A stretch of DNA of 64,000 nucleotides from Phoronis australis (lineage: Eukaryota; Animalia; Phoronida). This document shows, in pieces, positions 1-14,040 of this stretch; the first letter of the stretch is position 1, and each line of letters begins with the position of its first letter. The stretch is from the NCBI GenBank assembly GCA_002633005.1, contig NMRA01000502.1:174493-238492 (forward strand), in the 5' to 3' direction. The position numbers were made by a program, and so were the translations under genes. Below the pieces are notes generated by a model. The model searched no databases. It was not told where the DNA came from and saw only the letters and a program-made list of their open reading frames with translations.

Positions 1-403
1 CGTACACATACATGTACATGTATAATGCAAAACGACAACAGAAAGGTTGATTCAGTTCAGGACACACCCCGCCATGTTGGAATCATCTAGTTCGAAAAAG
101 TAATATTGCTAGAACAAGGCTGATGGGAAATCCCAGAAAATATATTTTTGGAAATCAAATACTGTATGAGGGTCAACGAGACAATGTTTGGTGCGACTAG
201 TACGACTACACTTTGTATTTTGATTTGAGTTGCAAACAAATTACTTGGATAGCCGAATAGTCAGTAAAATGGCATCGTGGATTTGGAATGTAAAGGGACG
301 TGGTTATATAAATTGTGGAACACCAAACTATTTTTATACATTTATTGCCAAGATAACAGCACGTAGCCAGTCTGAGTTTGGGTGACCCAGTTCTGACTTG
401 AAC

Positions 404-1141
404 AAAAGTATATAATATTAACTAATAGATATATAAGGTAATAAAATGCAGCTGGAAAGGGAAAAGGGGAGCGGGGGAATAACTTTTACGCGCCATTCAC
501 GCACACACTCACACCGTCTGAAGAAATTAGGTTCTATATAAATACGTACAAACATAAATACATATAAAAATAACAATAACAGTACATTTTGATGATTTCT
601 AGAATACTAATTAAAAGCATGCATGCAGACCTCTCCATTTATTCATATTTGTGTCCGAGGCATCTGTTAAAATTGTGTTTATAAAAGTTTGTAATTTCAA
701 CATGAGATCGTTAAAAAGGAGAGGCTTTTCTACCTTTGGTGACTGATAAATGAAGTAAAGTGCAAGTGTATNAAAAGTATATAATATTAACTAATAGATA
801 TATAAGGTAATAAAATGCAGCTGGAAAGGGAAAAGGGGAGCGGGGGAAGAACTTTTACGCGCCATTCACACACACACTCACACCGTCTGAAGAAATTAGG
901 TTCTATATAAATACGTACAAACATAAATACATATAAAAATAACAATAACAGTACATTTTGATGATTTCTAGAATACTAATTAAAAGCATGCATGCAGACC
1001 TCTCCATTTATTCATATTTGTCTCCGAGGCATCTGTTAAAATTGTGTTTATAAAAGTTTGTAATTTCAACTTGAGATCGTTAAAAAGGAGAGGCTTTTCT
1101 ACCTTTGGTGACTGATAAATGAAGTAAAGTGCAAGTGTATT
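404..1141. other. 368-bp direct duplication flanking a single N (probable assembly/haplotype overlap)
   Basis: 404-771 is repeated at 773-1140 with about four substitutions; N at 772. Confidence 0.85.
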
Positions 1142-2059
1142 AATGGTATTGCAAATTAATTTGTGGTTTGTTTTAGGGTTTTGAACAAAATCTAATATTT
1201 CCCACATCGTAAACATGTATTGGGTATTTAGGTCTTTATTTAAGAGTGTTTGCACTGATTCCCAGAAAGTCCTGACACATGTTCAATAATAAAACATATG
1301 AAATACAGTCTGTAACTCATCACAATAGAGGCACTTATCAATATGAACCACCCCTATTTTGTGTAAAGTGATATTTGTAAATATTCTTCTATGCGTAAAG
1401 AGGTACCTGAAGTTTTTTTTAATTCAGGATTGATGGGGAGGGTAAAGGATAAAAAATAAATTTCTCTGATTTCTTTTTCATTACAGTAATTACTTAACCG
1501 CACATAATTTCGGATTTTTGAGCAAAAGTAAATTAGTATAGTGCAATTTTTAAACCAATCTTTACTACAACTGCTATGATTAATTAAATGATCTTGCTTC
1601 TGGTTCGTCTTCGGTTTACTCATCATTAGACGCTACATGTGTACGTATAAACACATCAATTGTGACTGGCGAGGTGATGACAAAGGAATATTCATATTCC
1701 ATTCCTGTGTCAGTCGTGCTGGGTTGAACAAAGTTGTCACCATTTTTGAAGTTGTCATTCGACTAACCTGGAATCATCTGATCAACTGTCGAAGACCTTA
1801 ACAAGTCAGATACAAAACAATTTTCCGGTTAGTTGAATTACTGATTCTGACATATAAGATCACTGGTGTTTCTCAGCACATGGTAGACTGAGCACAGTAC
1901 TCACTGACATCAATCACAACACAAATGAGCCACACACACTACAAGCTAACTTTGCCCATAAGACGACGAGCTCAAAATGCAATTTCCGAATCGTCTCTAT
2001 TAAATACTCATTTCTGTATCAGTGTAAAATCATTGAAGCTCATCGTATGTTTTTTATAG

Positions 2060-2491
2060 CCTCAAAACCAACTGTTTTGAAGGGAGGATTCACTTGTAAC
2101 TTCAACACGGGTACGTGTGGTTTTACTCAAGAACAAAACGACAAATTTGATTGGACCCGTCAACGTGGCTCTACCTCCTCATCAAGCACCGGACCCACCG
2201 GGGACCGATCAGGGAACGGTAAGTTACTTAGCCCTACCCGAGTGTAACTTAGCCCACGATTGAGTATCGACTGATTACGAACATTTGTGTCACAGGCCTT
2301 CTCACGGCTTAATTAGCTCCGGATGTGGTCAAGTTTGATCCCAAGTACGAATGACCAAGAAGTATGAAGCGAGTTAATGAATTCCCAATACTTTTAACCT
2401 TACAAATACGTCTCAGAGATTTTTACACTAAAACTTTAACGAAGCAGTGTTCGTGTAGATGGTGCATTTGTTTTTCACATGTTTGTAATAG

Positions 2492-2548
<57 letters not shown>

Positions 2549-2647
2549 TATTACAAACATGTGAAAAACAAATGCATGCACGGATATGGAAATCAGAAGC
2601 AACAAGACCTATAAGCGATCCATAAAAATTTACCAGCAATATTATAT

Positions 2648-2695
<48 letters not shown>

Positions 2696-5600
2696 TTGAT
2701 ACTTATATTAGATACTACTTACATGTATACTTCTTTCATCTAAGTACTGTCTACTACCCAGATGTAATGCTTCGCGATTTCTGGGTTTGTCATTACTTTC
2801 CTTGTATGTTCTGTGTACTCATCTACAAATATACATCACTTTGAACAAAAAACTTTAACGAAGCACGGTAAACACTATGACTACATTCTGATATTTCGTT
2901 CGCAGGCTACTACTATTACATCGAAACATCTTCTCCCAGAGTTACTGGTGACACCGCCCGGATTCGCAGCCCTGTCATGGAGGCCACCGGCCAATATTGC
3001 CTCAAATTCTACTATCACATGTACGGTGCCGACATGGGCACGCTGAAGGTTCTTTCTGTCCAATCTGGCAGGTCACCACAAGTGTTGTTCCAGAAGAAGG
3101 GAGACCAAGGCAATGCCTGGAGATTGCACCAGTCTCAGTTAACACTGAACGGACGAACTCAGGTAACGTAACACGATGAGTTTAACGGGTGCTGTTGCCA
3201 CTGCCATTGCTGCAACTCTTCGTAAAGCACGAGAGCTCAGATGTGTATTTCTTACAAGTACTTTATTGGAAATTAATGTTTTGTGATTTCTACCGGATAA
3301 CACGTAGAGCTTAACATGAAAACAAACTTAACATTATCAACAACAAAACTGAAACATTTAACATCTGTATCGTAACAAGAAAACTGCTCATTTAAAAATC
3401 TGTATTGTATTCATTATTTTGTTGCAGCTCGTATTTGAGGGAATAAGAGGAAGCAGTTTCAGGGGAGACATGGCCATCGATGACGTCAGCGTTGTTCCAG
3501 GTGCCTGCGGAACTGTGACGTCAGTGACTACAAGTAAACCAGTTACCAATGGTGAGTGATGCTCATTGCATTTTATGATAAACGCTAGGGCACCAACTTC
3601 GACATCGACTTCCATGTTTGTAGGACGTGATCTTTAATGACGTATGTCAGGCACGTGTACATTCACAAACTGATCAAAACCAAAACCAACTGATTTTCCA
3701 CGACAATAATCCGTGTAGATTACAGCTTATTGTGATTACGTTGAAGTCAGGCACTGGGTAAACGGCGACAATATGGAAGGACGTTTGCAGAGTTATTATT
3801 TTCTTGTACGTGCAATCATGCAATGGCTGCTGCAGCACACCTACAATGTCCGTCATTCCTAAAAGTGCTCTTTCTGGTTTAAGTGAATGATACCAGTTTT
3901 TCCAGCTTTTTATCATCACTACCCGAGGTAAACAGATTAAATTTGCGCAGTAAGTTACATACATGTATTTTGTGACTTGTCGAGATCGTTGCATAGCCGG
4001 TGCAACATGCCCAGTCTTTCCGGAAGACTGAAGGAGGCGTTGCACAAGCGTTTCACTTATGATGCTCTCTGGAATACATTGGCTGACACACTCCATTCCC
4101 GTTCTTGCTAGCAAAATGGCAGTGTCATTTTGAGAAAGACCTATGCGGCATGCAATCGAGCCGTCCCTCCGGTTCCAATCACGGTTGGTTGAGGCGTAAA
4201 GGGCCGACCTCTTCGTCGCAAACGGGACCAGAGAAAGGAGACCACACCCTAAGTGAGTTGGCTTGCGCAGCTTTATTGATGTTTTACTGCTGTTTAGTTT
4301 AACGCAAATATGCTTTCGCTCGTACCTTTCCTGTACTGGGTTTGCTTAAAAGGTTTTGGGCTGTACGCACACGTGTGCTTTCACAAAGAGCTTTCGCTTT
4401 CGCGTATTGAGTTGTTGTTATGGACAAAACATTAACATTTCAATTGGGGAACAAAATGGGAATTTCGGTTCAAAATAGAAATGGCAACTGTTGTAACTAT
4501 ACTTTGTGTTACCAAAATTACTGTTCGTGTTACCATTACTGCTGCTATTGCAATTGCTAGGTACTTGTATGTACATATTCATGTAAAAGGATGCATATAT
4601 TTAATTCTTACCGTGACATCTGGTGTTAAATCAGGGCTTAGCCTCTCTTTAAGTTCGTTGTCGTTACTGAAAAGATGTATCCTACATTTATGGATTCGGT
4701 TTATCAAAGTTATATTGAGCATTACTTCAGCGGGTCAGATAAAGCCAGTGTCGATGTGAGATGAAATAAGTAAAATAGGCTTATTAACGAGGGTCCCCAT
4801 GGAAAGCAGTGTGAAATGATGGGGCTACCCTCATTGTAAATATTACATTAATAAATAAATAAATAAACGAAAAATGACACCGATGAGCTCCATTTTGGCC
4901 ACACTATAAAGAAGTGTCGAGTTGTCTTATTTCGCGATTCGATTTTTGTGACCATCGCAAAAATGAATCAAAACAATCGAGACTCATTATTGTGTGGAAA
5001 GAGATGTGACGTAACCTAAACAGCGCTCAACATTTCCTTGCATGTGCATCATGCATCGTGAAGTTTGTAAACGTTTGCTTTTTTCAATCGTTCTTCTTCC
5101 CCCCTCTTTAGAGAATGGTAACGGATATTATGTCCATGCCGAGGCGTCGAGCCCTTCGAAACCTGGTGAAAGGGCGTGGTTAGAAACACCTCTGTTTGCA
5201 GCCCAGTCGACGTGCTTGAAATTCTACCTGAACATGAATGGCGCCGGTAAGTTCATCTGTTTATCTGCTACTGTATGGCTGTTTAAAGTTCAAATTCAAT
5301 TTCAACACAGTTTTAATTAACAAAAAGTAACTTATGTCAATTTTCCATCAAAGGGAATCTGTTGTACTGTAACACATGTTTCATATATTGGAAAATGAAA
5401 CCAAAAATACAGATAGCACCGTAATTCACGTTCATTTTCAGTTTTCACATATTTCAGATATTATTGCATATTGGAATTTGAAGTTTAAAAGATGTTTTTC
5501 ACTCCGTTTTATCAATTTGCAAAACGAATTAACAGAATCCCCATTAAACCCTTTCGTGCCAGAGATGTCCATGTTACATTGCAAAACATTGCCATCTGAA

Positions 5601-7443
5601 GCGTTTTCCGCATTACCCTCTTATAATGCTTATTGCTAACTAACTTTGATTTGGTCTATTTATAATTATTTACTTACTACTGTGCTCAATCACTTACACA
5701 CATCATCTCAATGACTATTATGCTCCAGTTGAAATGTTTGTGAGGTTTTTGGGCTTTCAAGCACCCCCAAAGACCTCCCTACCTGTTGAAACCTGTCTCT
5801 GTGTTAAAACACTCTCATCTATTTTCAGACATCGACCAGTTTAATGTTTACTTAGTAAGTTCTGGACGCACGTCTCGTCTGATGCAAGTTAAAGGAAACG
5901 GCGGTGACGTTTGGAGAGAAAAGCGAATTACTTTCTCGAGCTCCTCATCCTTCAAGGTATGGGTTTAAAAATTTATCATTTTGCATTTCTTGTCTAATGC
6001 CACACAATTTTCAACGATATCGTCGTTTCCCTTTCCTTTACACTCCCTTCCTCCAAAATAATAACAAAATTAAATTTTCCTTTTTCACTCCTTGCAGGAA
6101 TTCACCATTATTCATCAAAACGAGGTTTTGTGTCCAAACTACATACAGTTCTGTATGTTTGGAACACGTGTGCTTTCACTTTTGCATCGTTAAAATTGAT
6201 GCTGAAACGGAGAATTTTGTCCTAAACAACAATGCACAGCAATAGTTTTTAGCATCGCCACCAAAGTGTGCAAGCAAGTACTGAGTAAATCGCTTAATGT
6301 TATACATTCTATTTAATAATGGGAGAAGACGAGAAAACGTCGATGAAGCTGCGCAGAGAGTAAGCAGACATTTACATGTAGCATATCGATAGTACTCGAA
6401 AATCTGTTTTGCCCTCCGTAGATTTCAAAATAAACTAGACAGGCCTCGACAGAACTCTACTGAAAGTAGAACACATCTCACCAGAAATATTTGGCAATTT
6501 GGTCGAAGTTTTATCGCAATAAAATAGCGTTTTGTCGAACTTTTATGGAATTACGCTGTAAGTTGTCGCAATTATGATAACGTGGTTGCAGCAACACGTT
6601 TCTAGATTTTGTTGAGATTAAAATTCAAAAGATTTACAGTCGAAAATGTATACATGTTGATGTTCAGTCTCAGTCTAGTGCACCGAATTTCAATTTTGCC
6701 CAGGTTATGTTGAAAACTACTGTATTTATACATGCATTTTGTCGCTTGTACCATAATCAAATGAGAATACAGAGTTTTTAAAAAATCTTCTAATTCTCAG
6801 GGTGGTCTGGGAATGGAAAGCTAGCTCGGCCCCTTGGTACCCTGTTGGTCGTTTTATTTGTTATTCCAATTGAACAAGATTTTTTTGTCAATTGTAGATC
6901 AGGTTTGAGTCGGTGCGTGGACAGAACTTCCGGGGAGATATCGCTATTGACGACGTCAGCCTGTCATCAGGCTGCGGTACCGGTGAGTAAACGTTCCGAA
7001 GTTTGCTTGATAATCTTAACGTAGCGTATGGAGAAGGTTATCGACCGTTTCATGTTGTCATACCGTTGCAACTATTTTCTCCACAGTTCAAATGACCATC
7101 TCAACTTAACGGGAATTCTATTTTGAAGTGTCAGTGGAACTTGAATTCTTATTGAAATAGCCAATTTGAAATTTGCAACTTCTGATATGGAAATGTGGAC
7201 AAACATCTTCGATATTAGTCTGACAAACGGTTATATCCTAATTACCATAGCCTGATAGCATTTCTTCTTGAGTTAACGCATGACTACAAAAAGGTAACCG
7301 CATTGCAATGCAGACAGAGCAGGGGCGTAGGACAAGGCAATGATATAGATGTATTTGCGCATAAGTGTGTTCCCACAGGTAAAACTTTGTAACGAGACGA
7401 TTATTGTTTGTTTGCAGTGATCACACCACCTGTTGGAAAATAA
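2060..7443 (+). CDS. MAM-domain protein, cassette 1 (two MAM domains; 5' end not seen, probably upstream of the window)
   Basis: GT-AG exons at 2060-2218, 2906-3162, 3428-3551, 4112-4252, 5112-5246, 5829-5956, 6898-6982 and 7418-7443 splice in one open frame. MAM motifs: FTCNFNTGTCGFTQ..FDWTR..TGPTGD, GYYYYIETS, CLKFYYHMYG, GDMAIDDV; second domain CHFEKDLCG..GDHT..GYYVHAEAS..CLKFY..GDIAIDDV. Ends VITPPVGK*. The first visible exon is phase 1 with no start codon or signal peptide. Confidence 0.88.
2491..2546. repeat. (AT)n microsatellite
   Basis: Visible AT dinucleotide run. Confidence 0.95.
2643..2690. repeat. (AT)n microsatellite
   Basis: Visible AT run interrupted by CATG. Confidence 0.92.
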
Positions 7444-7653
7444 AGTTCGGCTGAAGAATGATTCATCTGAAGAATCTTTTCACGGTCGATAAATTTAACA
7501 AATATAGCATTTGTTGTTGGTGCTGACACATTTTTTCAAATATAAATGTAACGTGTACTATCAGTATTAGTTCTTTTATTCTACACTTGATGCTCTTTTT
7601 CAAGTTCACGTGGTTATTTAAGAAGTGGCGTTTTGAAATGTAGATACCGTTAA

Positions 7654-9323
7654 AGGAGAATGCCACCCGATTTAATTAATCTTTTTTGCCGTCTTAATCT
7701 CGCATACGATCGACCTTACCTTGCCAAGAGATGTCGCATTAACCAGTGAGGAAGGTGAGAAACGACGCTAACGACGACAGCGGTTCATATGCAGATTGAA
7801 TGCCGCTATGTTGCTGTGCATCGTTCCACCTTGTCCGAGCTAAGCAACTGCGAGGAAAGTGGGTATATCGTTTTTTTTTACTCCTTCGAGAGTCCGAAAT
7901 GCTTAGGAAGTGGTCATGGTAGTGAAGAATGAAATGTATGCTGTAAATAACAAGTATGAAGCCGTGAAATATCGCCGTGTCTGTGGCCTGCAGACGTCGA
8001 CAGTGCCTGACAAATGCCGGCTTACCAAATAACTCCACACGTTCCGTTGTCTGAGCTTGTTCACGGTGTCTCTCTAGTATTTCTTCATCACTGTATTCCT
8101 GTTCGAATTGATAGCCTGTAAAACTTAACGATCCACCTGCGAAGTCAGGACTGGTGAACTCTAGCTCGTCCTACTAAGTCGGGATTGGGAGTTGCCATGT
8201 TGCCGTTTACTGAGCGTTCTGTTTCAAATGAATTATTCTCACACTAACCAATACTTATATAAAACTGAAACAAAGTCTGTCTCATTAGATGCAATTTGTA
8301 ATGCCCTTGGAGTATTCGTGAGTGCAAATGATTTGAGAAGCCATCAATGAATAAATCACTGCGTTACCGGCTTTAGGTGCAAAGTTCACCCGGGACCGTC
8401 CCGGTGGCACCGAGGCCGTGTGAGCTCATGCTAATTTAGTATTTGCTGGCAGAAATTGTTGTGAAACATCTCGATTTCCATCCCACGGCCAGGTGTTAGG
8501 GGAACCTTTATTTACATTTACAATACTCAAATAATAGTTGTCAATGAACCACTTCTGCCCTGACGGTGCTGTGGCCAAAGCGTGAACCTGAATTCGCGGC
8601 CCCCGACGAGTAAGTAGATTTGCAGTTTCGTGGCTAATTCACCAAAATAATCACGTGTACATTACTTTGGATCGCTAGTGTAGAATTTTCTTGACTGGAA
8701 GTTTAGTTTCCACTGAACTTTGGCTGGTTTATGTTCGTGATGTTTGTTCAGTTTCCGAACCACTGGCCGGGATAACGGCGGAGTCAATCCGGCCGGCCGC
8801 GACGGGCCTGATCGGGTTCCGAGCCAGTGGCCAGGATAACAAGCGTTTTGTGTTTAGAACTCAAAAAATCACAATTCTAAACAACACAGATCTAGGTTCT
8901 CCTGTCTGTATCTCACGGAAACTACTTCGAAATTATCTCCGAAGAGATCCCAAACTCCTGCTACGGACCTTATTGGCCTGCCGAACTTTGTAGGCTACGG
9001 TGTGTCCAAACACCAATAAATCCGCAAGAGCGAAATGAAACAACACGTTTTTATAAGAACTCGGTGTATTTTCATGGGTTTCACATCGAAGTTTGATGAT
9101 TTATTGGTGTTAAACGATGACTTCAAGCGATAAGCTGACGCCAGTAACCCATGTTGTGAACTGCTGAACAGACTGCGTGTGAAACCGATGACGTCATTGG
9201 ATAATTTCAACACCTCCGTCTGCCATCAGGTGTCAGGTAACGCAACCGTACGTGTCGTTATGGAGTAGAACTACTCGATCTAAACTGATACAAATTAGGT
9301 TGTTTTTTTGGTGGCATGCTCCT
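7654..9323. mobile_element. Non-autonomous Kolobok-type DNA transposon, copy 1 (THAP remnant)
   Basis: TTAA flanks at 7650-7653 and 9324-9327. TIRs AGGAGAATGCCACC and GGTGGCATGCTCCT match 13/14. Decayed THAP-like coding sequence lies near 7800-8010. Colinear with 14085-15695. A TTAA TSD, purine-purine 5' termini and a THAP domain are known Kolobok hallmarks. Confidence 0.8.
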
Positions 9324-9348
9324 TTAAATTGAGTGTCTGATACATGTA

Positions 9349-10872
9349 CGCCGTAAAATGTAACAATTTTGTAAACTGTAGCAAATGTTACATTTTACGT
9401 CATTGTTACATTTTATGTCATTGCTACATTTTACGTTTCTAAGCCTTTCCAAAAATGTAACAAGTTGTTACATTTTACGTAAGTGTTACATTTTACGTCG
9501 AATGCGCATGCGAGAAATGAACAAAATCCCGAACAAGTGATATCTGACAGGCCAGAGGTTCTCGAGTATTTTTGGACGAGGGATGCCGCCGAAAATGTAG
9601 ATACCCACACAGTTATAGAGTGGGCTGAGACAAAAATGAACCATTTAGAGTGTAATTTTGAGTAAAAGCAAAAATTCACATTTTTGCACAGTTTTGTTTC
9701 AGAAATTGAGAAAGGCACCCTTTTCGATGGTATTTTGTCAAAAATGACATCATTTGAAGAATATTCTTTTGCTGTGAAAAAACACTCTTTTCGGCGACAC
9801 TTTGGGTATACCTCTTCTATAGGAATACCCTCCGGGCTGACACTGCACGAATTTAGCTAACCATTATCACTAGTACTAATACTATTGCTATTATTATTAC
9901 TTTGGTATTATTTTTACTATTACTATTACTATTACTATAATTATTATTGTTGAATTTATTTAAAGAGGACACAGTGCAATATACACCGTATGCATGCTTA
10001 GCAAAGTGCTAATACATCACGGTGCTCAAACTGATTATTTCTGAACTATTGGCAAGCACGGTATTGTTTGTGATATAACTAATAGGGCTAAAACGGGTGA
10101 CTTTTTATCAAATTGGCTTAGGAAATTGAATTCTTTGTGAAAATTTTTGTTGTGGTCGTCTTTTTTCGGAGAAAAACTATGAATATTGGCCAAAATACGA
10201 TGTCATTGTTTCTGATGTGCTTACTAATAGAAGTGCGTTTACTCACTGTAATGTCGGATACACAATTCCTTTATGACCTACATGTACCTGTATGAGCGCC
10301 AACAAAGAACGCTTTGTCAGTAACAAACTTGCTACCTGATCCTGGAAACTCCTGTCGTCTGGAGTTGAAACTGTACGGGATGCATTTTTGACTCTAAACT
10401 CCAAAAATATGAGCACAGCCCCAGAAATCGGTTTCACATTATATTCAGTCTCTCATTAATGCTTTTGTACTCATTCACTAGTAAGACCGAGCTCAAACAC
10501 CTTTGAGCAATGCTCGTAGTCAGTCAGTGAAGTCAGGATTTGAACCCGGGTCTCCCAAGATGGAGTACGGAGCTCTAACCACTGCGTCATACTGTCTTCA
10601 ACGGTAGGCACATAGAGACATGTCTGCAAATTAAAGCTGGCAAATTTGGCAGAATTTCATTCATACATACAATCCAAGAAAAAAAGCCGTTAAATGTGTG
10701 AACCGTTTTCCTCCGTGTGACAAATATCATGCAAACTCATGAAATATGACATCGCTTTCATAAAATGTAACAATGATACTTTTCTCGTATGTGCATTCGA
10801 CGTAAATCGTAACAATTACATGAGAGTACTTGCAACTTGAACTGCAACACGAAATTATTACATCTTACGGCG
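9349..10872. mobile_element. TA-flanked non-autonomous TIR element with modular subterminal repeats
   Basis: The left end CGCCGTAAAATGTAACAATTTTGT matches the reverse complement of the right end (CGCCGTAAGATGTAATAATTTCGT). A second inverted block lies at 9491-9516 vs 10781-10806. TA flanks both sides. About five TGTTACATTTTACGT modules occur at 9385-9498. Confidence 0.6.
10440..10596 (-). mobile_element. tRNA-derived SINE-like remnant
   Basis: The minus strand reads GACAGTATGACGCAGTGGTTAGAGC...GACCCGGGTTCAAATCCTGAC, giving Pol III A-box and B-box motifs at tRNA spacing but no clean cloverleaf. The 3' boundary is uncertain. Confidence 0.5.
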
Positions 10873-13800
10873 TATCAAGTGTAAATAGGCCATTTTTAAA
10901 AAGTAACCATTTGATACGCGGAGACGAGTGTGCGAAACAGCCACTGCCGCATCGTGTTGCATTAGAACTTGCCTTCAGAGAATACTGCGGATATGTCTTT
11001 GCATTGACATTTGATAATCAAAATATCATCAATAATTTACTGAAGTCATTTTACATGTAGTTAGACAGGTATCACTTAAATCGTAACTGATGTGAACACA
11101 GTATCGCTACTTCTTGTCATTCCGCAGCTGCGAAATTTCACTTCATTTTAATTCGACCAATTTTTCAAAGACGCGGTCCCTTAAATGGTAATTTTAGTAC
11201 ACATGCAACGAATTATCGAAATTGGTGTCATTTTGTTTAACAGCTAAGCAAGCTATAGAAACCAATGCTCTGAATTTCTTGTCATTTAACGTCAACACGA
11301 GTTTTCGTCGCTATGCAAGATTTCCGACAACAAAAGCACCCAGGGTGAAAATGATTTCTTAAGTTACCGTTTGTTCCCGAAACAGCACCCAAGGCTATTT
11401 TGGAAACAACGATTTCTTCAACTCATCCCTTGTTCCCGAAAAGGTGCCCACGTGAGACATTTTTCCTCTTTTTCAAAAAGCCCCCATGGGCGCTTTGTGG
11501 TGATGGTTGTTTTCGGAAATCCTCGGTTGCAACGTGTCATGAGCGTTGCGTTCTCAAGTCGATGACCGACTTCTTTGTTGAAAAAGCACAAATCAATGAT
11601 CCAAGCATATATAGTGGCGATTATTTTATTACTTTTCTTCGAAACAAAGAGAGTGTCAGCAAAATGCACGAGTTAGAAAACCTTTCGTATCGGCTGCTCT
11701 GCATTGGTACGCCTATGTAGGTTTCGTGTTGAGTCGACCGCAAATTAGAATTTGAGTGGACCGAACGAGCATCGCTTTCATAAGCGATTCTTGGTTTTCA
11801 ACTCTTGGATTCAGCCATATACAGTAGCTGACTGACTGTTTGGATACATTTTTGCACCCGCTAGATTTGATACATGAAGGAAAACGAGAAATGGAGGAGT
11901 GGCAAAATCACGTCCTGGTGAACACCATTACTTAAAGTCCTTCTCTCACGCGTTCTTAACCCTTATTACATGGTTTGAAGATGTTATAAGGATCCAAGAA
12001 GTACCTACCCCATAACTAATACACGATCCGTACTCGAAAACAATTTAATGAACGCGCCACTCACGATTGGCACCCGAAGAAACACCGAGATTTTGAACTT
12101 GCCGCGAACCCGGAAGTACAATTCATTCAGGAACCCAGGCCGAGAAAACGCCGTCAGTGCGACTGGAGCAGTGCCTGTACTGTTACCAGCCAGCAAACGG
12201 GGATAAAAAATCGACAGCGCGCCTTAATTTTGATAAAATCAAACTACGGACAATTTTATGGAATTTGCTGAAGAAATGTGGCCAATAAATTTTGACAGAA
12301 GTTATTTTGCCAGACTCGGGACCGCAGCCTATCGGACCCGGTGCGGATCGAGACCATACACTGTACACTGGCGAACGGTAAATGCATGCGGTTGCAAGCT
12401 GTTTTGTCGAAGTAAAATGGTCAAATGATAAATGCTGCATATATTCAAGGGTAATTTCAGACACTTGCATGAAATTACGGGCTGGTTAGTCCTTTGTAAC
12501 ACTGCCGCGGCAGACCTTAGTTAGCCTCAGTCACCAGCTACCAGTGAAGACTATAGTCAAAATACAGCTTGTTATTAGGCCTAGCTGCTTTGCGCCAAGA
12601 CTACCCTTAGGCCTAACTGGTCACTGGCCAAAAACACAAAAAACACGAAAATTGAACAAAGTTTCTTTTTTTGTAGCAACGTTTGTCAAAATGTATCAAC
12701 GTTAAATCTTCACAAATTACAAAGTAGCCGATTGAACATGCCTTTCAGTTCAGCAAAAGTCGACAATGTACATGTAGGTGCCGCCAGAAATGAGACGAAA
12801 TCCAACGGGAATTGTGAGCACATTTATCACTTAATGGGTAACAACTGCGAGGCTGAAATTTGGTGAACACTGCTAAATCGTGCAGAATAGTAAGTAAAGA
12901 CATGTCTTACTAAATTTCACAGTAATTTGTTGGCGAAAACAATTTACACAAAGTTTTCAACTCGTAACTCATCCCGCTGTCCTCCAATATGGCCGACGCG
13001 ATCCAAACAAAGTGACCCAAATTTCGCCACAAAACTTGCAATAACTTTAGTGTGCTTGCCCTGATTTTGATACTTTTTGATTTTTACTGAGTAGAATGTA
13101 CTACCTTTCCGATGATAGCAAAGTACTTTTTCAAAACCAGGAAAAAAATAAAACCGAAAAAAATTGGTTCGACCCGCCTACGTAAGGAACTAAACACCAA
13201 TGCTATTTTAACATACTAAGTACGTGTAACATTCCAAAAAAAATCAACGACCACAAACTTCAAACTATAAATACACTACATATGCAAAAGAATCACGATA
13301 TATTACTAATAAAACAAAATAATGAAGACTTTTCGAGCAAGCCATAGCACATTCAGTTACAAGGAAAAAATGGCGGCGTTCAGGACAAGTTCCTGTCGAA
13401 CTGATGAGCCGGAAATGTGGGTACGGAAATAACCGATGACAACCGGTAATCATACGCTCAGAGAGTAGGGTCAAATACTGTTAAAAATCGCTTTTGGCAA
13501 GAAAGGCGAAAAAAATATAAAGAAAGGGTGTCGAAAATAAGAATTTATATAGTAAGTATTTTCGGATACTGGAACCACATGGGCAGTTTGCAAGAAGGAC
13601 TTTAAAGGGTCTTTCTACATATACTGTTTGAAAACTTTGTATCATTCTAGACAGGAAATATCGCGAAAAGGAAAATGTATTTCAACTACATATTATGCAT
13701 TTTTACATTGGAATATTGTTTTTGAGTGGCTAATTTGGTACATGATCTTCAATTTTTGCAAGCGTGTTTTCTTCTTTCTGAATGAAACTAATATTCATCA

Positions 13801-14040
13801 ATTCTACATTAAGTATGACCTATATAGTCATGAGGCGTTGTTCCACCTTTATCAATTATTTACAAATGTACCGATGAAATTGTTGAATTCCCTTTGTTTT
13901 CCCTGTTTACGTGGTCCACAGACCAACTTTTGATTTGTTGGCCATTTGCTGTTCGGTCTTATGTTGTTAATGACTCAGATAAGAAATAGTGGCTAGGCTT
14001 GAGAAAAACTCCTGGCCAGTATCAAATATAACCAATTTAA

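Noticed and set aside
404-1141. Recent tandem duplication
   Set aside because: The copies abut a single N and differ by about 1%, as expected for an uncollapsed contig or allele overlap.
2364-2605. ORFs with IYIYIY repeats
   Set aside because: These are translations of the (AT)n microsatellite.
10525-10596. Functional tRNA gene
   Set aside because: A and B boxes are present, but the acceptor and anticodon stems do not pair cleanly; treated as SINE-like.
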